Shown here: positions 1 to 9,800 of the stretch, piece after piece
Position numbering within the stretch: position 1 is the first letter of the stretch
How the letters are laid out: each line of letters starts with the position of its first letter
Source: Planctomycetota bacterium
GTDB taxonomy: Bacteria; Planctomycetota; Planctomycetia; JALXBF01
Assembly: GCA_026991575.1 (NCBI GenBank)
Contig: JALXBF010000176.1
Coordinates: forward strand, 1 to 35,527
DNA length: 35,527 bases
Direction: 5' to 3'
Made by a program: the position numbers and the translations under genes
Notes under the pieces: model-generated
Database searches by the model: none
What the model saw: the letters and a program-made list of their open reading frames with translations, nothing else
Told to the model about the DNA's origin: nothing

Positions 1-136
1 CACCGGATAGCGAGTGTCCTACGCGGAGGCCGTCCCTGTCACCGTCGAGCACGTGCATGGACGCAACGGTCAGCTCGCGGTGACCACCGCATTTTGCGGC
101 GCAGCGCGGCGGTTGCCGGTTCGTTACCGGGGCATA

Positions 137-1063
137 CTACTGGAGTGCTCCCTTGGTCAGTTTCAAGAAGGCGGTCTCGAGGCTGATTTCCTGCTCGCGA
201 AGCATTCGGAGCTTAAGACCGTTTTCCAGCAACAAGGCGGGAATGAACGTGTAGTCGACAATGCCCTCGCGCAGCGTGACCTCGAGCACGCCATCCTTTT
301 CTCCGACGGACTCCACGTCCGGGTGATCCTCCAGCAGTTTGGCGGCCCGATCGGTTCCATCGGCGACAGCGACCTGCAGTACCACGTTGCGCCGGACCTT
401 CGCCATCACTTCCTTGACGTCTCCCTGGACGAGCATCTCGCCACGCTCGATGATGCCGATCTTGTTGCAGATATCGGCAAGCTCGGGCAGGATGTGGCTG
501 GAGACGAGGATGGTCTTACCCATGTTCCTCAGCTCTTTCAGCAGGCTGCGGATCTCGATGCGTGCCCGCGGATCCAGGCCGCTGGCCGGTTCATCCAGCA
601 GCAACACCTGCGGGTCGTGAAGCAGCACGCGCGCCAGCCCAAGCCGTTGTGTCATGCCGCGTGAAAGGCTTGTCACGAGCGCGTCCCGCTTGAACGCCAG
701 GTCGACCAGCTCCAGCACCTCCTCGCAGATCTTTCGTCGTTTCGGCGGCCTGATTCGATACGCGGCGGCGAAGAACTCCAGGTACTCCATCACGGTCATG
801 TCGTCGTAGACGCCGAAGAAATCAGGCATGAACCCGATCAACCGTCGGATTTCGCGTGGGTTGGTGTAGATCGAATAGCCGCACACGTATGCCTCACCAA
901 AGGTCGGGTTCAGCAGCGTGGCGAGAATGCGCATCGTCGTCGTCTTCCCGGCACCGTTCGGTCCGATGAACCCGAACACGTCCCCCTTTTCCAGCTTCAA
1001 GTTGACTCGGTTAACCGCGTACAGGTCGCCGTAGACCTTGGTGAGGTCATGTGTCTCGATCAT
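137..1063 (-). CDS. ABC transporter ATP-binding protein (ABC-2/multidrug-type ATPase)
   Basis: Walker A GPNGAGKTT, signature-like LSRGM, Walker B LLLDEP and H-loop SSHIL. The ATG overlaps the upstream stop (ATGA at 1060-1063). Confidence 0.93.
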   Translation of the reverse strand: MIETHDLTKVYGDLYAVNRVNLKLEKGDVFGFIGPNGAGKTTTMRILATLLNPTFGEAYVCGYSIYTNPREIRRLIGFMPDFFGVYDDMTVMEYLEFFAAAYRIRPPKRRKICEEVLELVDLAFKRDALVTSLSRGMTQRLGLARVLLHDPQVLLLDEPASGLDPRARIEIRSLLKELRNMGKTILVSSHILPELADICNKIGIIERGEMLVQGDVKEVMAKVRRNVVLQVAVADGTDRAAKLLEDHPDVESVGEKDGVLEVTLREGIVDYTFIPALLLENGLKLRMLREQEISLETAFLKLTKGALQ

Positions 1064-3312
1064 AGCTGTTCCCCTTCTGAGATCCCCGTGGTCGCTGATT
1101 CTCGGTGCCGCTCTGTGACGGGCAGGATGGCACGCAGCAGGACGGCAGATTCTTCTTCCGGCTGCATGGCGCGTCTAGCCTGCACCAGCAGCTTGCCCAC
1201 ACTTCCCTGCGGTGCCCAGGCAAGTGCCACGGCGCGGTTTTCGCTTTCCATGAACTCGGTCAGGTCCAGATGCATCAGGCTGTAGTTCGTGTAGCGGAGC
1301 GTGTCGCCGAGGTGCCTGTAGAAGGTCAGTTCCGTTAGCCGGCCCAGTAGCTCGGCGTGCTGCTCCAGCCCTTTGGGTAACACGCTGAGCGATACCGGTT
1401 CGCCGTCTTCCACACGGACCACCGCACCGGGCGGTACGTCTCGGAGCACGTATGCCCGTTTGTTGTACACGACCGCTAGCACCTCGAACGCCAGACTCGT
1501 CTTGTTCTCCAGCGTTCCCCTCAGGTGAAACCCCGCTACCGCAGATAGGTCCGTCCCGAGCGCTGTCTCTGCCCGGGCCAACCAACTCCACTCAAACAGC
1601 TTCGCCGACCAGGCGTGAACGGGCACGCGCTCCAGTGCGGCCAGGTTACGACCGTAGCGGTAGGCCCGGGACACGACGGGCAGGCTACCGGAGCGATCGA
1701 AACCACCGATGGCGGCATCCGGGATGCCGAACCAGTTCATTGCCAGCGCCGGGTCAGCGCGTCGTTGCAGCGTTTCCGCCGGCGGTCCTGGCTGATAGCT
1801 GAGATCGAGCGACTGGGCCAGCGGTGCGAACAGACCGGCAAACCCATGACCACGAGCCAATCCCGTTCCCGTCTGATCCACGTCCACGATGCTCAGGGTG
1901 CGAATCCGGTAGGAGCGGCCCTTCAACTGAACGGCCGCGAACCACGCAACCAGGCTCACAACCACGGCCATCACCGGGAACGTGACCCATGTCAGTTCAG
2001 GCCGCTTCAGGACCTTCCGCACCAGGACGTAGTCCACCGGGCCTATCAGAATGATGTACAGGAAGATGAAAAACAGGACCCATTGGAACGGCAACACACG
2101 CACGTTTCGGAAGCTCTCCAGCCATCCTTTGATCAACGACGCGTGGTCATCGAGCGCCGCGTACCGAAATGACCGGGATGCCGGCAGACCCTGCCAGAGA
2201 CGTGCGTGAAGCAGCGTCGCCAGCACGTCAGGCAGCCCCTTCCAGCCGGCGACGGTCGAAGAGGTCAACGGCAGCGCCACCACAATGACGGATCCGAACC
2301 CGTACACGGCCCGGACCACGATCGGCTGGCCACGCTCGGTAACCAGTGCCCGCCCGTGACGCAGTTTCAACCGAGGTAGCGATAAGCCTCCTTCGCCGAG
2401 AGCCAGGCGGTGAGGCGTGTTAAAGTAGGCCTCCAGTCCGGGCAGCGAGCGGACTCGGAACGTACCGGTCACCTCAACCGGTAACAGCTCTCTGAGCGGC
2501 GCGTCAGCCAACTCCGGTATGCTCCGGGACAATCCGATGACGATTGTGCCCCCCCGCCGAACCCAGTCCAACAGAGCACGCTGTTCCGTGGTTCCCAGCC
2601 GAGCAAGCGCCGCTGCGTCGTCGAGGGCGAGCACCACGGCATCGGCTGTGTCGTAGCCGAGCCACCGTGGCGGCAATTGACTGCTGTCGATCGGCACATG
2701 TCGGAACGTGACGTCCAGCGTTCCGCCACGCCCCAACGCTCCCTGCCCGGCGCTCTGCTTGAATGTCGTTACATCGAGGAGCTGACCGGTTCCGATACCG
2801 AGCACCGTGAACGTGCCCGCGGTCACTGGTTGTAAGTCGGACGCTGCCGCCTTGCGCGAACTCACCACCCGGTGCCGCTCGTCCCATAGCTCGATGCCGA
2901 TATCTGTGCCAAGCGTTCCGGGACGCACGAATGTCCGGAACCAACGCGATTCCCCGGGACCGAGCGCCACCGCATACCCGCCGCCATCCTCCGACGGTGC
3001 ACCATAGAGAACCGGCACGTCGTCCGGGTCGGCGGCTCGTGTGACGAGATAGCCCTGAAAGCCGTCCTGATCAGCGGAGACCAGCACACGCACCATGCAC
3101 CACCGGCCCGGCTTGTACACCCCGCCGAGCCCGACGGTCACCTGTTCAATGCGGTCCTCGGCCTCGGCTGGCGGAGCGGCGCAGGGCAGAAACGCTACCA
3201 CACATGCCAGCCCGAGCCAGCATCTCAGGCACTGTGCCGGAGTGATCCGGGCCGATGGTTCTGGCACGCCGGCTGACACTGTTTGTTCCGAGGAACGCGC
3301 GCGTTCAAGCAC
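1060..3312 (-). CDS. Large exported/membrane hypothetical protein, probable ABC-associated partner; central class-I GATase-like fold segment and 2 TM helices
   Basis: 750-aa ORF with a signal-like N-terminus (WLGLACVVAFLPCAAPPAEA), a WLGYDTADAVVL...LLDWVRRGGTIVI segment and a TM hairpin (FQWVLFFIFLYIILIGPVDY...WVTFPVMAVVVSLVAWFAA). Translationally coupled to the ABC ATPase. Start uncertain. Confidence 0.8.
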   Translation of the reverse strand: MLERARSSEQTVSAGVPEPSARITPAQCLRCWLGLACVVAFLPCAAPPAEAEDRIEQVTVGLGGVYKPGRWCMVRVLVSADQDGFQGYLVTRAADPDDVPVLYGAPSEDGGGYAVALGPGESRWFRTFVRPGTLGTDIGIELWDERHRVVSSRKAAASDLQPVTAGTFTVLGIGTGQLLDVTTFKQSAGQGALGRGGTLDVTFRHVPIDSSQLPPRWLGYDTADAVVLALDDAAALARLGTTEQRALLDWVRRGGTIVIGLSRSIPELADAPLRELLPVEVTGTFRVRSLPGLEAYFNTPHRLALGEGGLSLPRLKLRHGRALVTERGQPIVVRAVYGFGSVIVVALPLTSSTVAGWKGLPDVLATLLHARLWQGLPASRSFRYAALDDHASLIKGWLESFRNVRVLPFQWVLFFIFLYIILIGPVDYVLVRKVLKRPELTWVTFPVMAVVVSLVAWFAAVQLKGRSYRIRTLSIVDVDQTGTGLARGHGFAGLFAPLAQSLDLSYQPGPPAETLQRRADPALAMNWFGIPDAAIGGFDRSGSLPVVSRAYRYGRNLAALERVPVHAWSAKLFEWSWLARAETALGTDLSAVAGFHLRGTLENKTSLAFEVLAVVYNKRAYVLRDVPPGAVVRVEDGEPVSLSVLPKGLEQHAELLGRLTELTFYRHLGDTLRYTNYSLMHLDLTEFMESENRAVALAWAPQGSVGKLLVQARRAMQPEEESAVLLRAILPVTERHRESATTGISEGEQL

Positions 3313-3416
3313 TTCGGTGTCCGCTCCCGTCGAAATGCCTGCTCTTCAGGACTCCACTGCCCCCACTACCCATTAAACGGACCGGAGCCGGGCGGGGTTT
3401 GCAACACCAGCCATGC

Positions 3417-3773
3417 TCAAGGTTTCTCCGCTTCGGAACAGACACACGGCACCTGGCCGCATCCCGGGCAACCTTTGCCGTACTTGGCCCGCACCGCGGT
3501 TGCCAGATCCACGCCGGCAACGTTGGCGATCGTGGCAAGCCAGGCGAGCACGTCGGCAAACTCTTCGGCGATCAGCTTGCGGTCTCCGCTACGCAGTGCT
3601 GCCGCCAACTCGCCCACTTCTTCCATTAGCCACATAAATGTCCCGTCAATGCCGCGCGCCACATCTCGGTCCAGATACATGGCCTCGATCGCAATCTGCA
3701 GTTCCCTCAGACCCATGTCCTCCGGACCCGCGTCGGCACCCCTGAGAGACCGATCAGACGTCGAGTGTGTCAT
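3417..3773 (-). CDS. MazG-like nucleotide pyrophosphohydrolase with C-terminal Cys cluster
   Basis: WLMEEVGELAAA...EEFADVLAW matches the all-alpha NTP-PPase EExxE...ExxD motif. C-terminus is CPGCGQVPCVC. ATGA overlap with the upstream gene; alternative start at 3716. Confidence 0.88.
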   Translation of the reverse strand: MTHSTSDRSLRGADAGPEDMGLRELQIAIEAMYLDRDVARGIDGTFMWLMEEVGELAAALRSGDRKLIAEEFADVLAWLATIANVAGVDLATAVRAKYGKGCPGCGQVPCVCSEAEKP

Positions 3774-6706
3774 TGCTTGTTCCGGCCTTTTTCCCGGTCG
3801 GGTTCTTCGTTCTCAGTGTCTTTGTTCACTCGGCTCAGTAATTCCCTGGCCTCTGCGTTCATTGGTTCCAGAGTCAGCAATTCGGTGAGCACCTTACGGG
3901 CCTCGTCGCGCCGGCCGCCGTCAAGCAGTAACCTGGCGGCTTCCAGCATTCGCTCGCCACGCTGAGCGGGCTGCAGGAGGGCCAGGGCGTAGGTTGCCCG
4001 CGCTGCCTGGGCGGGCTGCTTCAGGGCCAGATAAGCCTCACGCAGCCACTCATATGCCCTCGGCTCGGTGGGCTTCACCAGCGCAACCTCCCAGGCCCAC
4101 CGCTTTAACTGCTGCCAATCCTCTGCCGCGCGCGCAAGCGCCGCCAGTTGGCGGCGGGCGGCCAGATCGGTTGGATCCCTGGTTGCCAGCTCCGTTAGTG
4201 CCCGCTTCAACGTGTCGCTGTCCTTGGCCAGAAGCGCCACCCGCGCAAGCCCCGCGTACCAGCGGTCGTCACCCGGGAATCGTCTTGCTCCCAGCTCGTA
4301 CAGCTGCTTGGCACGCTTCAGGTCGCGGGCACGCGTGGCGCGGTCGGCCAGCAGTAGCAGCACCCTCGGATCGGGTCGGTCTGGGTTGAATGCTTTCCAG
4401 AGCAGTTCCTCGGCACGCTCGTCCTCGCCAATTTTCAGATACAGCCGAGCCAGAACGTACAGGGCTACCGCATGCTGCGGGTGCTTGCGCAGCACGGCCC
4501 GCGCCAAGTCGCGTGCGCGCCGATAACCCCGGCGCCGATAGTAGGCCAGAGCCAGTTCGGCCGCCGTGTCCGGGTCGTCCGGGTTGGCCTGGTGACGCTT
4601 TTCCAGTTCCAGGAACGATGCCGGCCGTTGAGGACGCCGATCTTTGATCTGCTTGATCGTCCGGTCGATGTAGTCGCGGTATCCCTGTTCGAACTCGGCC
4701 AACGTCACATGGAAGGCAACCTCGACCGAACGCGGGTCACGGTGACCGGCAGCGTAAGCGGCTAACAGGCGGGCGGGCGCGTCCTGGCCGAAGCGCTCGA
4801 TCATGTAGTCGAGGTAGAGCTTGCTCTGGTAGTAGGCCTGTGCCCAGCGGGCACGGTTCTCAATGCGAATGAACGCGGCGTTAATGGTGCTGAGATCGAG
4901 CAGGTCTCCGTTCTCGGCCGCCTGGATCAGCACTTCCTCCCACAGTGACGGCGTCGCGAACCCTTCGGCACGCACGGCAAGTGCTTCGGTAAACCAGTGT
5001 GTGATGTTGAAGTCAGTCTGCTGTAGGGTGATCGCATGCGTGAGTTCGTGCCGCAGCACCCTGCCCCAGTTGAAGGGATTGCGCAACGCCGAGGGCGAGA
5101 CCATCGCCACAACCTTCCCAGTACATGCCCCCACCGTTCCGATCCACGGCAAACCGATCGTCCGGGCACTGAACCATTCGTGTCCGCTGTGTCCCTTGGC
5201 CCGGTTAAACACCTCGATCAATACCGGCTCCTTCGGCACATAACCGAACTCGGCGGCCAAACGCTGGAAAACGTCCTCCAGGTACCAGGCTGCTACGTAG
5301 CCAAGAACGCGGTCCAGCTTCGGATCGACGCGTAGCACGAGATGCTTGGTCCGGATGGTAGCGTAGCTGTCCAGCACGTCGAGCACTTCCAGAGTGTTCT
5401 TGATGCGGACGCTGAACGGGTCACGTGCAAAGGCTTCCTCCAACAGCTCCCGAGCCTGCTCTTCGCGGCCGATCCGCATCAGTAGCATGCCCAGGGCTGC
5501 CCGTGCGGGATTGAAGTCCTCATCCAGCTGCAGCGCACGCTCCAGATAGTGACTTGCCAGGCGGAAGACGCGTTGATCCTCCAGATTTCGGCCCAGCTCG
5601 TGGTAGAACGCGACTGGTGCGGGATTCACCCGCTCAGCCTGTGCAATAACCTCCTTGATCGCGTCCCGACGGCCTGAGACCCAGTGAGCGGCCCCTAAGC
5701 AGGCCAGCGCGGCCCAATGGGCCGGGTTCTGCTTCAGTGCCTCCCGTGCCGCCGCGATGGCCTTTGCCGGTTGAGCTTGCGCCAGGTACACGCGAGCGGC
5801 AAGGGCATGAGCATCTGCCAGCGTCGGGACGAGCTCCAGCGCGAACCGCGCCTGTTCAAGCGCCTCATCAAGCTTGAACTCATTCAACGCCAACTCCCCG
5901 AGCGCAACGTACACGGGAGCGGCTGAGGGGTTGATCCGCACCGCTTCACGCAGGTCGCGGTCTGCGTCGCCGCTGCGGTACTTGGCCAGAAAAAGCAGAC
6001 CCGACGCATATCGCGCCTGCCAGAACAGCGGATCTTGCTGATAAGCACCATCGTAGAAGTCGTTCAGCACGCGGTTGAGCGCCTGAGCCTGCTCCGCGTC
6101 CCGCAGATGACGTTCTGCATAGGCGCGTAGCAGATGGCCGGCGTACAGCAGTTGTTCCGCCTCATCAGGCGGATCGTGGGCTACCAGCAGAGCTGTCTGC
6201 TTCAGGACCCGGTCAGCTTCCTCGTGGCGGCCCAGGCTGCGTAGCGCACGATAGCGCTGCCAGTTGAGCGCGTAGTCGTCGGGCCAGTGTCGTTGTGTCG
6301 CGTCGAGGACGGCCAACGCCTCAGGGAACTTTCCCTGCTCTACCAAAAGCTCAGCGCGCAGCGCAGCCAGCCGTGCGCTGCCTTTACCGGCCGCCGGCTC
6401 AGCACAGCGCTGGATCGCCTCGGCAACGCGACCCAGCTCCGCAAAGCAACGCGCTTCCAGATAGTTCTTGATTTCCTTTTCCACCTCGTCGGCTGGCTCT
6501 GCTTCCTCCAGCACAGCCAGCGCCTCCTCGTACCGTCCCGTCTGGAGCAGCTGGCGGCTTTGCTGTGCCCACTCCGGCTGTTCCGCGCATGGAGCCACCT
6601 GCGCGGTCGCCGTCAGCGTTAGCAGCAGGACACATGCAGCGCGGACAAGCAGCCATCCGAGCACACTACGGCTAGTACCGGTCACCGATCGTGACTCTGG
6701 GGGCAT
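3770..6706 (-). CDS. Exported TPR-repeat protein with central zincin metallopeptidase (peptidase MA-like) domain
   Basis: Signal peptide, many TPR-like helical repeats on both sides, HELTH (5036-5050) and downstream HWFTEALA. ATG 6706 has GGAGG 6 nt upstream, so it is preferred to TTG 6745. Confidence 0.85.
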   Translation of the reverse strand: MPPESRSVTGTSRSVLGWLLVRAACVLLLTLTATAQVAPCAEQPEWAQQSRQLLQTGRYEEALAVLEEAEPADEVEKEIKNYLEARCFAELGRVAEAIQRCAEPAAGKGSARLAALRAELLVEQGKFPEALAVLDATQRHWPDDYALNWQRYRALRSLGRHEEADRVLKQTALLVAHDPPDEAEQLLYAGHLLRAYAERHLRDAEQAQALNRVLNDFYDGAYQQDPLFWQARYASGLLFLAKYRSGDADRDLREAVRINPSAAPVYVALGELALNEFKLDEALEQARFALELVPTLADAHALAARVYLAQAQPAKAIAAAREALKQNPAHWAALACLGAAHWVSGRRDAIKEVIAQAERVNPAPVAFYHELGRNLEDQRVFRLASHYLERALQLDEDFNPARAALGMLLMRIGREEQARELLEEAFARDPFSVRIKNTLEVLDVLDSYATIRTKHLVLRVDPKLDRVLGYVAAWYLEDVFQRLAAEFGYVPKEPVLIEVFNRAKGHSGHEWFSARTIGLPWIGTVGACTGKVVAMVSPSALRNPFNWGRVLRHELTHAITLQQTDFNITHWFTEALAVRAEGFATPSLWEEVLIQAAENGDLLDLSTINAAFIRIENRARWAQAYYQSKLYLDYMIERFGQDAPARLLAAYAAGHRDPRSVEVAFHVTLAEFEQGYRDYIDRTIKQIKDRRPQRPASFLELEKRHQANPDDPDTAAELALAYYRRRGYRRARDLARAVLRKHPQHAVALYVLARLYLKIGEDERAEELLWKAFNPDRPDPRVLLLLADRATRARDLKRAKQLYELGARRFPGDDRWYAGLARVALLAKDSDTLKRALTELATRDPTDLAARRQLAALARAAEDWQQLKRWAWEVALVKPTEPRAYEWLREAYLALKQPAQAARATYALALLQPAQRGERMLEAARLLLDGGRRDEARKVLTELLTLEPMNAEARELLSRVNKDTENEEPDREKGRNKQ

Positions 6707-6841
6707 GTCGTGCCTCCGTTCATCGGTGCTGGCGGTCGGCAACAACGGCCGACGTGGTCCGCCTAAATCAGTTTACGGCCGCGTTGGCAACGGCCAAAGC
6801 ACTGTGCCCCGAGGAACTGCGGGCGGGAGACAAGGACGTAC

Positions 6842-9800
6842 TCACTCGCTTAGCTGGTCACGTTGCTTGCCGCGCTTACCGGGCAGTACGTCTAACGGGG
6901 CGCCCACGGTCGTCTCCGACGACTCGACCGGCGATGGGCGGAAGAAGTTGACTGCGTCGGTTGCGGCAGGTAACTCGTCGGCGAAGTCCATGGCAAATCC
7001 GATGTCCACCACGGCGCTGTCGGTTTCGCTTCGATACGGGTCACTCTCGAACGCATCCACAGGCAGCGACACCTGTCCGTGGCTTTCCTGGGTGTCGGTC
7101 AGGCTGAGCCACGGTCCACGGAACGCGTACGCATTGCCTGAGCCGGTCCAACGAAACACGTTTGCCTGACCACCAGTCTGGTCGACGACCTTCGTACCGC
7201 GTAGCATGATCCACGGTTCCTGGCCGGCCGTCTCAAACAGGCACCGGCGTGCCGTCACGTGTAGTGGCACCAGCCACTGGCGATCACCCTTGGCCTGGGC
7301 GGCAATCAACTGGCGGTGGGTTCGTACCGTGCAGCGTTCCAGATCGAGCTGCAGCAGCGCGCGCTGGCTGACCGGTTCGGCCGACGGCGAAACGCTGAGG
7401 AGGATCCCGCCTGCAATGGCCGAGTCTTTGAACCTGATAGCGGCCTCAGCTAGGGCGGGCGCGCGGAGAACGTAGCCGCGGGCCAGTACCACGGATCGTT
7501 CGACCGTAACAGTTCCCTGCGCGAGCGGAACGCCACCGAGGGGGCTTTCACCGGAAAGCTCTGCCATCGTCCCACGTGCCGGCGGCTGCACGAGCTCGAC
7601 GATTGGCCCCTGCGCGAACTCGTTCCGCAACGTCGAATTGCGCACCACGAGCGTGGCATCATCCAGTTGCACGATTGTCCACGGACTCACCCGCGCGGAG
7701 CCGGTCGCAGACAAGTCGATCGTAACGCCGTCCAATTCCAGCGTGGCACGCCGGACGGTCAGCAGCGCGAACGCGTTCGGCGTCTCGTGGGCTGGGTCGT
7801 AGTCGAGCGTAAGCACGGGGCGAAAGCCCGAGGCTGCGCGCACGACGACATGCTTGCCGCTCAACACGGCTGGCTTCAGTCGAACCGCGCCGTCAACGGC
7901 CAGCTCCAAGACGGCACCGTCCGGACAGCGCTCTAGCGCTTCCTTGAGCGAGCGGAAGCTGCCCTGACCGTCAGCGGTGATGCGAAAAACACCGCCCGAT
8001 ACCGCCGACTCGTCCAACCCTCCGGTGCCTCGCGTCGGTTCCAGCTTGTCTCCGGAACTCGAAGGCCGCTCCGCCAAGGTGGCCGCCCGGTCGTTCTCTG
8101 CGGCGGTTGTCGTCATCGGAACCGACGGGGACTCGCCCGCTGCGCCGGCCGGTCCGCCTCCGGCCGCTTCGACCGTCCGCGTCAGCGCCTGGACCAGAAG
8201 GCCCAGCGCGCTTTCGCCGTAAATACTGCCGACCGGGGCCACGTGCCGTGTGCCCACCGGTCCCCCGTCGGCCGCTAGTTCGTAGCCGCGACTGGATCGG
8301 GCCAGACGCAACGCTGCACGGACCAGCTCCTCACCGTGATGCTCGGCAACTCTGCCACGCGGCACATCCCATGGCCAATCGCTCTGCTGGACGGAGTCGG
8401 TCTCGGAGACCTGTCGCTGCCGACTCCATTCCCAGAGGGTCTCGGCCCGGGCCTCGCTACCGTCCTCCTGTTGGCTCCGTGCGTAAGCAGCCAGTCCGTA
8501 GTAGAGGTTGCGCGCCCCGCGCCACAGATACGCAGCCGGCGCGATCGTCTGCAGCAACGTAGTCTGATCAGGGCGGTACGCGGCTACGACGCACTCGGTC
8601 AGCGTGATAGTTGCCGCAGCAGTGTTGCCGGGTCCTCCGGACGCTTCGGAAGCGCCGCCTTCGGAGCCGACGAGTGTCACCGTGAACAGCGTGCCAGTGG
8701 TGGTCGTCAGCGTACACCGTTGCAGTTCGGTGACCACTACTGGATGATGGTCGTTTGCGTAACCCGGAGCAGTCAACAGAAACGTCCGCTCGAACGGCAG
8801 CCAGGCAGAGTCAGTCGCGCGGAACCGCACCGGGCCCGTGGTCCACAGGAAACCATGCCCGCCGGCGAAGAGCGAGCGGTGTACAGTGACGGTCGCAGGC
8901 ACGATTTGCTCGGAAAACGTCGAGCCCGTCAGCGGGCGAGCCGGCATGCGGAGCCCGCCACCCGCAACGATGACCCAATTGCCGACACTTCCTTCCGTTC
9001 CGTCCGAGTCGGAAGGTGACACCGGTTCCGTCTGATCGACGACCATGCAGTTTTCCAGTCGCAGCGTCCCATTGTCGCAAAGGAACGCGATCATCGGCCG
9101 GTCAAGGCGGTTTCCGACCAACTCGAACCGGATGCCTTCAAACGTTACGGTCGCTTCTTTCAGCTCAGCCAGGATCCACTCGGCGACGTCTGGGGCGTCC
9201 GGGCGATAACGTAGGCGAAGTACCGGGTAAGAACCCGGTGTGCCCCGGATCGTGATCGTCTTGCCATGAATGCGCAGCCCGGCGACGCCTTCCTGATGCC
9301 CCTGGCCGTTCGGCGTCAGCTCGATGATGCCGTCCGGGGGGGCAAGCTCGATGAGACTGCCGTCGCGGGCCTCGGCAACGGCAGCCCGTAGCGATGCCTC
9401 ATCGGTCACACGCTGCAGTGCTGGTGCCGGCTGGGAGTCCTGGGACGAGCTGTCCGTGCTGTCTCCCGCGGCTGGTGCCTGTCGACCGAGCGTGCTGCGA
9501 CCTGCTCTGTCATCTACCGCCACCGTGTCTGGTGGCGACGGTGCCAGCGGTGATGGCGGAACGGACTGGGGAGATGTAACTGAAGCATCGGCCGGTGATG
9601 CAGCGTCAATGTCGGACGTGCGTGCCGCGGGCATCAGCAGCTGCAGGTGCGAGCGAAACATGAAGCCGACGAGCCCTACCAACAACAGGAGCGATGCGGT
9701 CCAGAGCAGCAGCGAACTCCAGCGGGCCGAAGGCGTGCCTGCGGTTTCCGCCCAGGGGATTCCGTCCAGCAGCACCGGCCGGATGCGCAGCTCACTGGCT

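Noticed and set aside
1..58. Possible minus-strand gene start (ATG 58, MHVLDGDRDG...) running off the left edge
   Set aside because: Only 19 codons are visible, with no RBS or motif; cannot be supported.
14..664. 216-aa + strand ORF
   Set aside because: Antisense shadow of the ABC ATPase, typical of high-GC codon bias; no motifs.
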